Shown piece after piece: positions 1-12,670 of a DNA stretch of 64,000 nt. The DNA comes from Felis catus (lineage: Eukaryota). The notes below the pieces were generated by a model, which saw only the letters and a list, made by a program, of their open reading frames with translations, did not search any database and was not told the origin of the DNA. Position numbers and translations under genes: made by a program. The stretch is from the NCBI RefSeq assembly GCF_018350175.1, contig NC_058368.1, forward strand, positions 128,962,001-129,026,000. The letters are read 5' to 3'. Numbering within the stretch: the first letter of the stretch is position 1; each line of letters opens with the position of its first letter.

Positions 1-480
1 TGTCATTTCTAGGAATTTATTTTCTACGTTCATTGATATTCATGCACAAAGATGTTCTGTACGTTGAGCAATGCTCATTGCAGTATCTGTAATTCTGAAA
101 AGCTGGAGTCTGTGGAAATTTCCATCTGAAGGGAACTGGTTAAGAAGTACTCTATGGAATTCTACGCAACCGTGAAAAACAGAGAGAGAGATAAATATAT
201 ATATTGATAAGAAAAGGTGACCAGAATATTTTATTTAAAAACAAGTCAGCTCTTCATACAGTAGGCTGTAATTTCTGTTTAAAACAAAAAAGATAGACTT
301 ACAGATGCATAAAAATTTCTAGAAGGCTACACAAGCAACCAATGAATAGTGGTTATCTTTGGAAAAGGGCAGTCAAGTGGATGGGTGTACTTTTGGGGGG
401 GGTTACTTTTCATTTTTTGATTGTCTTATGGTTGGATTTTTCTAAGATCAGAAGCGCTCATTTTTGTAATTAAAAAGTCT
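1..480 (+). mobile_element. Ancient L1M (L1ME-like) 3' region fragment
   Basis: Degenerate L1M 3' motifs: ttctaggaatttat, ctcattgcag, gggaactggttaa, tatggaattctacgcaaccgtgaaaaa, tagtggttatctttgg. Confidence 0.6.
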
Positions 481-2576
481 TAGAAAAATTATCTTGTGTT
501 TTTCAATTTTTTGTTTGTTTTGCGGTGTGTGTGTGTCCTCTTTCGGAAAATTGGTATACATTCGATTTTGTATTGAAACAAACAAGTTTGCTTAATTTGT
601 GACTAATCAGTTTAAAATAAGTATTTAAACAAAACTGGGATCTTGCCTTTAGTATGGGCAGGAAGAAGATAAATTTTAAAAGGAGTTGCTTTTTTTTTGT
701 TTGTTCTGTTTTGTTTTGTTTTGCTGGTTACTTTTGGGAGAAAAGAATATTGCCCGGAATTCTGTTAACACTTTGGTAAACACTTTTTTATGGACTTTTT
801 AGATTCATAACTTAAAATTTCTTGTTTTAGGGAGTGGCAAGGCAGTAAAAGGGAATCTGTTTTAGAATTAGGTTGCATAAAATTTTTAGTCACTTTATTT
901 AAGGCTAATTTGTGGGCATTTCTTTGAGTGTTTTGGTTTTCTTTATAGACCAGAGATTGTTATATGAAAGTATGATCCTGGGTACACTTGCAGAATAGGA
1001 TATTTTGTTTACTGTTGATAGTATATTTCATTGAAAGCATTTTCAAGAGGGAAGTGATAATATAGAACATTTAAAAATTAGACCCTATGTTTTCTTCCTT
1101 TTGATTAATGAAAAAGTACACAAAAGAAAGTTTGAAACTAGTTGCATATGTCTTCTTTTATTCTGTGCCAGTTAAAATGTTTGATTTGCTTACAATTGAT
1201 TTTTGAAAGTATCTGAGTACTTAGTATGTGCTCAGCATTGTTCTGAGGAAGGTTAAAATTTCAATTTTTTCAATTATATGTGGGGAAATCTTGGAATTTC
1301 CATCTCTGGTGGCTAGTATTGGTCCAGTGAGGAAATCTAAAGTGTTCAGGAAACAACAATACTTGTAGCCAAAAGATTTCAATAAGATGGAAGGTGAATT
1401 GCAGATCTGAATTAAGCAAACATTTTTACTATTGCTTCAGGCTTTAATTTCTTGCCATACAGTTAGTTGTATTCTGAGTACACCCTTGGGGTGAGGAGGA
1501 AAAGGCCATCCCCATTATTTTATTTCAACTGTGCATTGAATTTCATCCTTTCTGTTAAGACTTTGATGCCTTTCCTTTTAGAAACATCAGGATGACTGTG
1601 GAACATGTCCTTTAATAGAAGAATTATTGCAATTAATTGACCAACTCAAGTCATTATTGTCTTAAGTATGTTCTGGCCGATTTTTAAGATGTTTATCCTG
1701 GGCCTCTTTTCTTTTCACAATGGGTAATCAATTGCCATCAATTCTAACTCTAAATGTTTCATTTGGAAAGAAGCAGGCCAGCACATCTTTTCTGGTCACA
1801 CTCATATTAAGGGTTTAGTTAATGTTTGATTTCAGTGGGCAGTATGTTCAGTGAAAAGGATGGCAATGGAAGAATACCAATGTTGTCTTTTAAGAAAGCT
1901 GCCCCTTTTAAAAGTTACACAATTGGGTCTGTAGTAATTCCACATGCTTACATGCTCTGTTTTTGTGTTAGAAAACCGTTTTGCTTTAATACTTCAAAAT
2001 GAATTTGGTACCTTTAAGAAGCTTTGTTACATACACATAAAATTAAACAAAACTCCTGTGGTGTTAGCAGTTTTTATAGGGGTGGTCATTAAACTTGAAC
2101 TGTTGTCGACCTTCAACTGTTATATTTAAGGGGACAAATATCCTAGAAAAGAAAGAAGATCATAGTTAACTATAAACATCTTAGAAACAAAGCAGATTAT
2201 AGGCAACTATTTTTTAGGTGACAATAAACTATGTGGGACTCACAAAACCATTTTTAGTTATCTTTCAAATTATTGTATAATCTCAAGACCAGTGCTTCCT
2301 CACAACAAAAAAAACCTAATTTAATTTTCTTGTTTCATTAATTTTTTGACATGTGTAAATGTTTGGGGATTACAGTAAATTAGAAAACATAAACAGTTTC
2401 CTTTAAGTGGATAGGAAGACTCTCCATCTCCTTTTGAAAAATCAGTCTCAAATGGTAATTTGGAGAAAAATACTAAATAGTCTTGTCTCATGAAAAGAGA
2501 CTCTAGTTTCTTAGTCCTAGCCAGTCTCACAAATAAAGTATGTTAGTTAGATTTGTTTAAAAAACATATCTTTGTA

Positions 2577-2814
2577 GGGGCACCTGGGTGGCTCATTTGG
2601 TTGGGCATCTGACTTAAGCTCAGGTCATGATCTGGCATTTGTAAGTTTGGTGAGTTTGGTAAGTTCAAGCCCGGCATTGGGGCTCCCCGCTGATAGCTCA
2701 AAGCCTGGAGTCTGCTTCGGATTCTGTGTCTCCTTCTTTCTCTGCCCCTTCCCCACCTGTGCTCTGTGTCTCTGTCTCTCTCAAAAATAAATAAATAAGC
2801 TTAGGAAAAAAAAA
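2577..2814 (+). mobile_element. Carnivore SINE (SINEC, tRNA-derived)
   Basis: ggggcacctgggtggctca head, CT-rich segment, aaaataaataaa, A tail; degenerate TSD aaaacatatctttg / aaaacccatctttg. Confidence 0.95.
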
Positions 2815-3483
2815 CCCATCTTTGCAGTTTTTGCTTTCAGTGCCATGTGTTCTGCTAAGAATATGCTTTAAACATGGTTTTTAGTTCTTTAAAAATAGGA
2901 TGCTTCCTTTTATTTTTCTCATCTAGAAAAGGTAGTTAAAGTAAGCTTTAGAGAGAAAGCAGTGCAAAATCTGGTTTTCATTTGAAATTTAAAGATTGAC
3001 TTTCAGCAAATAGTAAGTGGACTTTGGTAAGGGTATGCTAAGTGATTTATATTTGTGGGATTCCTCAGTGATAATTAGATTCGGGTCAGTTAATATGTAT
3101 TGTATATATTTACATGTATTTACTTACGTATTTGTAACTAATTTGATGTTCACAAGTGCACATAAAAGGAGATGAATTCAGTGTCATTTGGGTATCATTA
3201 CCCGAAGCATATTTCAGTGACCCTGTGTGTAGATACATTGTGCTGTTTCTTCTTAAAATATGCTAACAGATGAGAAGCATTTTGTTTTTACAAAATGCGT
3301 TTGTATGATAGTTATTATCTACTTGTAGAGCTGAGGCGCAGACATGTTGAGTAGTTTGTCCAGAGAGGGGTAATAAATTGCAAAGTTAAATGTTGAATTT
3401 CTGTTTTTCCTCCCTTCAGTCCGCCTGTTAATTTGCTGGAGATGTTTGGTGAATTCCACAAACCCCCAGAACTCTGCATATTC

Positions 3484-3607
3484 TTTTTATTTTTTTTAAA
3501 GATTTTTTTTTTTTTTTCTTTTTAAGTTATCTCCACACCCACTGTGGGGCTTGAATCCACAACCCTGGCATCAAGAGTTGCATGCTCCACTGACTAAGCC
3601 AGCCAGG
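3484..3607 (-). mobile_element. Short older carnivore SINE
   Basis: Poly-T then gtggggcttgaatccacaaccctggcatcaagagttgcatgctccactgactaagccagccagg (reverse tRNA-like head). Confidence 0.85.
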
Positions 3608-3633
3608 CTCCAGGCTCCAGGCTCCAGGACAAG

Positions 3634-3635
<2 letters not shown>

Positions 3636-3666
<31 letters not shown>

Positions 3667-4032
3667 AGTTTATTTATTTGAGGCACCTGGGTGGCTCAGT
3701 CGATTGATCGGCTGACTTCAGCTCAGGTCATGATCTCACAGTTCATGGGTTTGATCCCCATGCTTTGGATCCTTTGTCCCTCTCTCTCTCTCTGCCCTCC
3801 CTCGCTTGAACTACTCTCTCTTTCAAAAGTAAGTATTTTTGAGAGAGAGAGAGCATGGGTGAGCGTGAGCGAGGGAGGGGCAGAGAGAGAGTTGGAGAAG
3901 GAGAGAGAGAATCCCAAGCAGGCTATCAGTGCAGAGGCAGATGCAGGGCTTGAATTTACAAACCCTGAAATCATGACCTGCGCCAAAATCCAGAGTCAGA
4001 CGCTTAACCGACTGAGCCACCCCACATGCCCC
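3636..4032 (-). mobile_element. SINEC (host), interrupted by a + strand SINE
   Basis: Poly-T and gtttatttatttg; resumes at about 3835 with tttttgagagagag...cgcttaaccgactgagccac. Confidence 0.9.
3680..3834 (+). mobile_element. SINEC nested in an opposite-orientation SINE; internally deleted, no poly-A
   Basis: aggcacctgggtggctcagtcg...ctctctttcaaaagtaagta. Confidence 0.9.
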
Positions 4033-4689
4033 ATGCCAGGCATATTCTTGAATGTAAAATGATTGGACTGTTGGAGAGATTTTTTGGCTAACATTTTACT
4101 GAATGTTCTAAAAGTATTTCTAGATAGCATTTCAGTTTCTGGTGGAAATCTAATGGCTTCAGTTAAGCAATGATTGTAGCTTGCTGAATACATGCTAGTG
4201 TGAAAATATTTGTAGACATTTGGAAATTGTAGAGGTTGTAGGATGAGACCAAAGTTCTGAAGAAGTTAGACTGTTAACTATGAAACTACATTACAGTTGT
4301 GTGAATATACATGAATGCACTCCTATACCTGTACACCTATGTAATAAAGAATTTACTAAATGTTTAAAATGCTTGTGCAGAACAAGAGAAGTTAATACCC
4401 AGTAAGAAATTTGGCTGCTCTGAATTTAGTACATTTATGAAAACTTAACCAGTGTCTACATTTGACTTATTTTTGTAGGCTTTTCCAGTGTTTTTGTCAG
4501 AATCCCCTACCCTCATGCCAGTAAATAGTATATAAACAGTCCCTAGATGTATGGGATCTTTCATGTAATTGATGTGGTCTCAGACCTTTAGTAACATCTC
4601 TAATTCCTAAAGACCTCTTGTTTGGGTGGCTTTTCTTTATCGAAGGAAGCATGATTTATGGTGAGCTTTTCAATATTACTGCAACAACA

Positions 4690-4935
4690 TTTACTAACTA
4701 ATAATCGTAGTTAACACTTTCATACCCTTAACCTTGTGCCAGATACTGCTCCAAGCACTTTATATTTCTTAACAGTCCTATGAGGTAGGTACTTTTATCA
4801 TTCTCATTTTACAGATGAGGAAACTGAAGTATTGGAAAAAAATGAAAGTGACTTTGCCCATTTACACAGACTGGTACATTACTGAGCCAGACACATCCTC
4901 TCTGGGTGGTACTCTTACCCTCTAAGTAATACTGC
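4690..4935 (-). mobile_element. MIR
   Basis: Reverse MIR core ctcattttacagatgaggaaactga; cctatgaggtaggtac. Confidence 0.85.
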
Positions 4936-4941
4936 CCACGA

Positions 4942-5167
4942 GGGGCGCCTGGGTGGCTCAGTTAGTTGGGCCAGGTAGTTGGTCTGACTTAGGCTCAGGT
5001 CATGATCTCATGGTTGGTGGGTTTGAGTCCTGTCTCCAGCTCTGTGCTGACAGCTCAGAGACTGGAGCCTGCTTTGAATTCTGTGTCTCCCTCCCTTTCT
5101 GCCCCTCCCCACTCACATTCTGTCTCTCTCTCAAAAATAAGTAAACATTAAAAAAAAATTAAAAAAA
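4942..5167 (+). mobile_element. SINEC
   Basis: ggggcgcctgggtggctcag head; aaaaataagtaaacattaaaaaa tail. Confidence 0.95.
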
Positions 5168-5293
5168 TTTTAATGCCCATGATGCATCATCATTAACTAT
5201 TCTAGAGGGCTCATCTTTAGATTTGTTATAGTCTTTTCTACTTAATGAAGTGATTTTCATGGTGGCCAGAATTTTAAATTATCACAACTGTGA

Positions 5294-5501
5294 TTTTTTT
5301 TTTAAGGTTTATTTTATTTTGAGACAGAGAAAGTGAGCGCGAGTGGGGGAGGGGCAGATTGAGGGTGGGAGAGAGAATCTGGAACAGGCATTGTACCATT
5401 AGTGCAGAGCCTGATGTGGAGTTTGAATGCATGAATCATGAAATTATGACAGCCAAAAATCAAGAGCTGGATGCTCAACCGACTGAGTCACCCAGGCTCC
5501 C
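5294..5501 (-). mobile_element. SINEC
   Basis: Reverse SINE ending ctcaaccgactgagtcacccaggctccc. Confidence 0.92.
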
Positions 5502-5519
5502 ATAACTCTATGATTTTTG

Positions 5520-5727
5520 AAAAAAAATATTTATTTTTGAGAGAGGGAGCACCATTGGTGGAGGGGCAAAGAGAGAGAGAGAGGAGGACAGAGGATTCGA
5601 AGTGGGCTTTGTGCTGTGCTGACAGCAGTGAGCCCAATGCGGGTCTCTGACTCATGAACGAATGGAACCATGAGAGCGGGACCTGAGCCGAAGTCGGACG
5701 CCTCACCATCTGAGCCACCCAGGTGCC
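5520..5727 (-). mobile_element. SINEC
   Basis: ttatttttgagag...gaagtcggacg...tgagccacccaggtgcc. Confidence 0.92.
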
Positions 5728-5869
5728 AACAGCTATGAATTTTAACATGTATTTTAGAATTTGACTTGAAAAACTACATTTCACAAATTTCTCTTATGAA
5801 TGAATTTCAGCTTTGGAAGATGGTTGGTTGTGTGGGTGATTTTGATCATCTTCCATTGGGCATTTTTAA

Positions 5870-6101
5870 CTTTTTTTAAAAGTTTATTTATTTTGAGAGA
5901 GGGAGAGAGAACATGCGTGCAACATGAGTGGGGGACCCTGGGGGGTGGGGTGGGGGGAGACAGAGAGAGAGAGAGAGGGAGAGAGAACCCCAAGCAGGCT
6001 CTGTGGCCAATGTGGGGATCAGTCCCACAAACTGTGAGATCATGACCTGAGCTGAAATCAAGAGTTGGTGGCTGAACCGACTGAGCCACCCAGGCACGCC
6101 C
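5870..6101 (-). mobile_element. SINEC
   Basis: tttatttattttgagag...gagatcatgacctgagctgaaatcaagag...gagccaccccaggcac. Confidence 0.92.
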
Positions 6102-7831
6102 ATTTTTAACTTTTGAAAGAGGAATTAACTTGTAGGTTAGATCTAAATGTGGTATATATGAGGCAAAGGTAATCTTTCAAGGTAAAATTTAGAAATTCTG
6201 TATTTATCTCATTTTAAGGTCCCTTTTAAATGTTTTGATTAAAAATCATTATTTCTTGTGGCTGGTAAAAAGATTTCATATTCTTTGAGAGGCAGAGAGT
6301 TCATTGGAAAGATGTTAATTTGAAGGATGCACTAGGACCTGTCAGTACATTTAAACTGGTACTAACTGAATAAACTGATCAGATAAATTGGAAGCTCATT
6401 TAGCGAATTAATGTGCTTAAATTCAGGTGACTCACTGCCTGGTCCTGCCTTATTTACCAGTCTCCGTGTTTACTTAATGCATTTTTTATTGTTAATTGGT
6501 GTCAGATCTCTAATGATGGAAGATATTATATTGAAAATAAGCATAAGAAGGTAGCATGTAGAGTGAGTCCACAGAAGCAAGATTTAAATTCTCTTAATTA
6601 GATCGGTACAATTTAGAATGCTATATGTGCCACATTGTACCTGTTAAATATTTGCTAACAGTGACCAGCATTTTTATAAATGAAATATTGATGTTTTATA
6701 ACTTCAGTGTAATGGGCAGAGCCTGGAGCCTCTTGTGTTGTGTTAATCTTTCTTGGTGACGGCCTGCCGAAGTTATACTCAACCTTTGCTCTTGCTACAG
6801 CTTGATATTAACCAATTTCCACAGACAAGATGGTCATGGTTTTCATAAATATTTGTCATAATATAAGCCCCTAAAATTCAAATACCAGAAATTTGTAATC
6901 TTATTGGTGTATGTGAAGGAGCATCTTTTTTTATACATTTGCATTATTTCTTTAGGACTTTGTTTTCTTAGCACTTCTTGACACTTCTGATTTTGTACTC
7001 TTCACACTGTCTTTTAGGCCGCCCCTTCCCTGCCAGTCACCTATGTGTTTTTTTTCTTCTACTTTCTCTAGACCATGGCAAACCTGAGGACTGAAATAAA
7101 TGACCAGTGGCTGGTTTGTGATGATGGTAGAATCAAGTGAGAGAAACCTGAGAGTAGGAGGTGGCGGAGCCTTTGAACCTTCTTCAGCGCTTCACTGTCT
7201 TCCTCCCTTTCTCCCCTTCCCACACTTCCTTCTTGTCTTTCCTCCTTTCTCGAGTGTGGGAGATGGAGTGGTGGGAGTGAGGAATAGGAGGGAGTGGTAG
7301 GAAAAAAGGCAAGAAATCTGGGAGAGGTAGAAAATACCAGCTGAGAGCTTATTCTGCTCCCTTCCTTCTCTGCTTTTAGTTGTCTCCTCCCCTTAAACCT
7401 CCCTTGATTTAGGGAAATAAAGCTGAGGTCACAAGGACCTATGTGTTCCAGCTGCTGCTTGGCTGCTATTTTTAGCCTGGCCCTGCATCAGGCTGGCACC
7501 GGGCCATGATGGCACAGGGCCAGCATGTTGTGGGACTGCTGGCAAATGTCAAAAACCTAACTTTTCAGTTATCAAACTGAAATTTCAGATATATTCTCCA
7601 CGATGATACTCTACTTATGTCTACTTTTTTGAAATGGGACATATATGTTTATTTTTAGAAAAGATTGAGTTTTGACAGTGGTCGTCATACTACTATAACT
7701 ATTTTAGGCAGGAGGAAGATTTAAGAATTGCACTATCGGGTCATTGTTATATCCTGCTCAGTAATTTTGGTTTTGTGGTGGCACCAAGAAGTGTGAAATT
7801 TGCCCGACCTATTTAATATGTCTTGGGCATC

Positions 7832-8052
7832 TTTTTAAAAAAAAATTTTTTTTTAAACATTTATTTATTTTTGAGACAGAGACGGAGCATGAACGGGGAA
7901 GAGTCAGAGAGAGAGGGAGACACAATCTGAAACAGGCTCCAGGCTCTGAGCTGTCAGCACAGAGCCCGACGGGGGGCTTGAACTCATGGACTGCGAGATC
8001 ATGACCTGAGCTGAAGTCGGCCGCTTAACCAACTGAGCCACCCAGGTGCCCC
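7832..8052 (-). mobile_element. SINEC (felid type), first of a tandem pair
   Basis: Full reverse SINE with caggctccaggctctgagctgtcagcacagagccc. Confidence 0.95.
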
Positions 8053-8059
8053 TGGGGCA

Positions 8060-8280
8060 TTTTTTTTTTTAAATTTTTTTTTTTAACATTTATTTATTTT
8101 TGAGACAGAGAGAGACAGAGCATGAACAGGGGAGGATCAGAGAGAGAGGGAGACACAGAATCTGAAACAGGCTCCAGGCTCTGAGCGGTCAGCACAGAGC
8201 CCAACGCGGGGCTCGAACTCATGGACCGTGAGATCATGACCTGAGAAGTTGGACACTTAACCGACTGAGCCACCCAGGCG
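8060..8280 (-). mobile_element. SINEC (felid type), second of a tandem pair
   Basis: Full reverse SINE flanked by tggggca direct repeats. Confidence 0.95.
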
Positions 8281-9310
8281 TGGGGCACCTTTTAAAATTG
8301 CCATTGCTGTTGAAGTTGTAGAGTCCGAATTGGCTTCTATAATTATAGGTGTCATCAGGCATTTTTAAAAAACATATGTACTGTTTTTTTCTATAGCTGT
8401 CAGTGTTCTCTTTGCTAATTCGGTTGTGTGTGTTTAGGTTTGGTTAATACTGTAGAAATATGTTTCACAAATAAAAAACTTACTATTTATTTTCATGGGG
8501 AGCAGCTAGGTTTCTGGAATATCAGTGTCTTTGTATAGATTTAGCCAGTATCATGTGGATTTTCTTTGCAAACTGAGTTTTAAATTTTGGATGCACATGT
8601 GGATTTCAGTACTTACCTGATTATTGCACTCAAAATGAAAAGTAAGTTGTATTTGTTCTTGAATGCGTTTTGGAAAAAAGTAAAAAAAATGTTGGAGTGT
8701 GAATCTTTATCTTTGGAAGGGACTTTGGTAAGAACTGTTTATATTCTTTCCACAGTGGTATGTGGAAGAGCTTGAGGTTATGCTAGGTATGATTTTCCAT
8801 TTACCATGGTCTACAGTGAATATGAGTAGAACCAGAGATGATGGTTATTCAACCTTATTCAAAGAGTAGTAGTGCTGTAATATACTTAGGTCTTTTGAAT
8901 GGCAGGATAACATTTAGTGCATTGATCTGATGTCCTTCTGAAAGTAGCACAGAATTTTTGCCAAAATAACTAGAAATAGAGTCTGATTGATTTTTTTTTT
9001 CTTCACTTTATCTTTAAGGCAGTTATTGGATGAATTCTGCTGAATTCATTTTTGTGAAATAAGGAAGTTTAGGTGAGGGATTTAGTGAAAGGTGAATTTG
9101 TGATCTAATAGCTTAGAGAAGGCAGATGTTTTAGAGTTTATTTACATTTTTACATCTTCAAGTTCTTTGTGGATAAGAGCAAATTGGGCAGCTTGCTGTT
9201 GCTGATATAAGAATAATTTACTTTACTTTTTTACTTGGTGAAAACAAAAATTTCATTAGGAAATATAATCAGAATGTCTTGGGGATAGATTATCAAGTAC
9301 ATTGAATTCT

Positions 9311-9530
9311 TAAAAAAAATTTTTTTTTTAATGTTTGTTTATTTTTGAGAGAGAGAGAGAGAGGGCACGAGTGGGGGAGGAGCAGAGAGAGAGAGAGGGA
9401 GACACAGAATCTGAAGTGGGCTCCAGGCTCTGAGCTGTCAGCACAGAGCCTGACGTGGGGCTCAAACTCAAAACTGTGAGATCATGACCTGAGCCGAAGC
9501 TATAGACCAACTGAGCCACCCAGGCATCCC
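9311..9530 (-). mobile_element. SINEC with TSD
   Basis: TSD caagtacattga(a/g)ttct at 9294 and 9532. Confidence 0.95.
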
Positions 9531-9672
9531 ACAAGTACATTGAGTTCTAATGCATTGTAGTAGTTGTACCATTTGGTTTCTTTCTGCAGTTAGTGGTTAT
9601 AGTAGGTATTTCAAAGGTGTCTTAGAAAAAGACTATTGATCCATAAACATTATGTATGTCTCTGTAGGGGTA

Positions 9673-9707
9673 TGTGCGTGTGCGTGTGCGTGTGTGTGTG
9701 TGTGTGT
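9673..9707. repeat. Compound (GTGCGT)n/(GT)n microsatellite
   Basis: Read directly from the sequence. Confidence 0.9.
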
Positions 9708-10477
9708 AGATAATAGATAATCTAGATCGATTATATATCTATCTATATACAGTAATATGCGTAGAACATTGTAATTTACTGGATGATAGTATGTAAGTGA
9801 CTAAGTTATGAATCCTTAACGTAATTTATATTTTATTGAGGTGAGTCATGTAAATGATGTCCGCACCAGGTCAGCTAACAAGCTTGATTAAAACCAAAGC
9901 CCAGAAGGTAGTTTGACTAGTGCTGTTTAGACTCCTTAGGAGCAAAGTGCTCAAATGACGTTCCTTATTGGAACTTTGCTGGGGCAGTTTCTTTGCAGTT
10001 TTCATGAATCTCTATTAGCAACTTACTAAAAAAGCATTTTGTCTAGGCTGTTTCATAAATAGGAAATTCCAAAGTACTGAATAGTATTGCATTTTTGCTT
10101 CCAATAAGGATGATTGCAGTGGGAAAAAGTTTAAAAAACTCTTATTTTAACGGTTTATGGCAAAATACTTCTATTTTAAAATGGGTAGATTTAAAAAAAA
10201 TTTTGTTTTAATACTAACTTGTTTCATTTATGATTTTTCAAGTTTTTTTCCCCTAGTTTATAAGTTTAGATGTGTTAGAAAAAAATTGGTGATACAAGAG
10301 CCAGTGATTATGAGTTTATTAAAAATTCAGTGTATATATTAAGCCTGAATTTGTCTTAGTAGCTCATAGTTTAGCTTGTTTTTTGGTTTTTGGTAAATCC
10401 TGAGACTTCTGAGTTCTTGTGCTCCTCTGTGAAATTTGTTTTTTGACATAAAGGTATGGTTTGTATTTTTTTAAACG

Positions 10478-10478
<1 letters not shown>

Positions 10479-10511
<33 letters not shown>

Positions 10512-10519
10512 TTGTGTGT
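10479..10519. repeat. (GT)n microsatellite
   Basis: Read directly from the sequence. Confidence 0.9.
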
Positions 10520-11670
10520 TGGGGTCTTAGGAAGGAATGGTGGTAGTGGTGAGCCAAGTTGTGGTGGCTTAAAGTCAGAAAAGCACAACAATTTCAAGTA
10601 GCCATGTTCAAATATACAGTATTTATTTCAAGAATTTATATTTCTTTGGGTTGTACATTTATGTTGTCATATAAAAACTTATTTTTTACTTAACTTTCCC
10701 TCTCCCCTAGTTCTTCCTGTTAAAAATACTAACAATTCAGAAGGTAATCTATGAAAGTTCAGTGTATATTGGTAGTCTGTATTATGATAGTTTTATGGAT
10801 GTATTTTGTATTGCATCTTTAAAAGGCTAGTTTAAAGAAATTGACTTCCTTGAGTTGCTGTTTCCCTCTTTGATCCTTAACAATTGTGGATCAACTAGTT
10901 TTCTCTTTTTAGTTTTGCCTTTTTAATCATTTAGAATAGAGCTTTGATTCTCTTTCAAGAAGGCTTATTTAACAAATCTAGAAAATTCTATTGTGTCTTG
11001 ACTCTTAAGAAGCCTTACTTAAGCAATCTAGAACTGTCTTGCTGTTTTTTAAAAAGATACAGTAAATGGGGAGCATTTAAATAATCTGGTTTTCTTCCAC
11101 TGAGAGTAGGTTGACCTTCTGAAAATCTACAAGAGGTTGTTGTGGGGCCTGACACTGGCCTGATTTATGACCTTTTCCAAGCTTGAGAACACAACTGTGG
11201 AACTCATCCTTAATGTAAATATTGGAGGAAATGAGAGATGATTTATGAGAAATCAGAAAATCTAATCCTTTGTAGGATTGCAGATTTCTGTGTCTTTGAT
11301 AGAGGGAGCAACAGTTGGCTATCGAATGACTGAAAATATGAAGTGCCAACAAACAAATGTAAAAATATTCTGCCGTGCACAGTTACAGAGTCATTTTGAG
11401 TTGCCCATTGTTTATTTTTAGTCTTTTTCTTTGGGACGAGAATCCCAGAGTATTTAAATACAAAGTCCCTTTTTGGTGTGAAAGATGTATCTGCTAGATG
11501 GAAAAAAAAAAGGTACTAGGAAATTTAAATTCAGGAGAGCCAACTAGTAATAGTGCTCATGCAGTGTACTTAGTAGACATTGAAATGTTGCTTGAATGAA
11601 ATAAGCTTAGATTTTATGCCAGTCTTTGTGATTGCCTCTATGAAATTCTCTTAGGTGAAAAAAAAAAAAA

Positions 11671-11798
11671 CAGAACCATCAAACTCCATTACCCAACGTG
11701 ACCCCAGTGCACCTCTTTTTGCCTATGAGTCCTGTCCCCATGCTTTAATAAAATCACCTTTTTGCACCAAAACAAAACAAAACGAAGAAACAAAAAAA
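11671..11798 (+). mobile_element. Short polyadenylated retroposed fragment resembling the U3-R end of a carnivore ERV LTR
   Basis: C-rich 100-bp insert ending ctttAATAAAatcacctttttgcacc, then a degenerate A tail (aaaac)n; an A-run lies on the left. The LTR identity is from memory. Confidence 0.5.
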
Positions 11799-12537
11799 CC
11801 CCCTCCAAGTCCTAATTTCTCTTTGCTTTTCTGAATCTGAATTGCTGTAACTTAATCTCTTAAGAGGCATTTTGAATAGGAATATGACCACAAGATAGAT
11901 AGTTTAATTTTTAGGACTTGGCTTATTATTATCAGCTTATTTCTACAGAGAGAAATAACCTCACAGATGTAAGGTTTCTTTCTTCAATTTTCTTATTTGA
12001 GGGGACTTTTTCTTTAAGCTGGTTAACTTGTTAATAACATTGGCTAAAAAGCTGTTCTAAAAGCAGTTTATTTGATGATTCCAGTCCTAAACAGAAAATA
12101 ATTTGAGCATTCCTGTATAGAACAGTACTTTTGAGTTACCCAAGAAAATAACTTTCAATTACAAATGCCTTTGAGGGATTAAGAGATTGCTTTTTCCTTT
12201 TATTTGCTATTTCATTTTTTAAAGAAACTGGCAAAAATAAATTTAATTAGTTTTTTTTTTTTTTACTTTTTTTCCGGATAACTTGCAAAGCACACGTGAC
12301 TTCAGAACATCCCACAAAATCTGACGTATTGTGAAAATACATTGGCTAATTGATAGGAATGGTTTATTAATAAACTGGTCTACAAAATGCTGATGACTTT
12401 CTCTTGAGGTAGAATTTGCTTCCGACTCAGTTTTGCCTAAAATGGGATAACCAAGCAGTTTTTTGAATAATAATTTGCTAATGAACATGTACGCCAAATG
12501 CTTGGCTCATGAGAGGGGGATGGGTTGTCCAGATATT

Positions 12538-12670
12538 GGGTGACCATGTGTTTCCATTTGTCCAGTCCACTGAATCTTAGTTTATGCCTCATTTCCTGGC
12601 ATAATTATCAACAGTCCCCTCTTTCACTCTTGTAAGTGTTCCAGTTCAAATTATAAAATATACACTTACT
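12538..12670 (+). mobile_element. MER94-like hAT-Blackjack MITE
   Basis: gggtgaccat start; gtttatgcc...cctggcataattatcaacagtcccctctttcactct...gtgttccagtt. Confidence 0.7.

Noticed and set aside
9814..9847. GAG|GTGAGT recursive-like site and AP-1 motif TGAGTCA
   Set aside because: GAG acceptors are rare, and a single 7-mer motif is uninformative.
10952..11041. Diverged tandem duplication of about 50 bp (aagaag(g/c)ctta...aatctagaa); a similar event lies at 38801-38875
   Set aside because: Ordinary slippage duplications with no sign of function.
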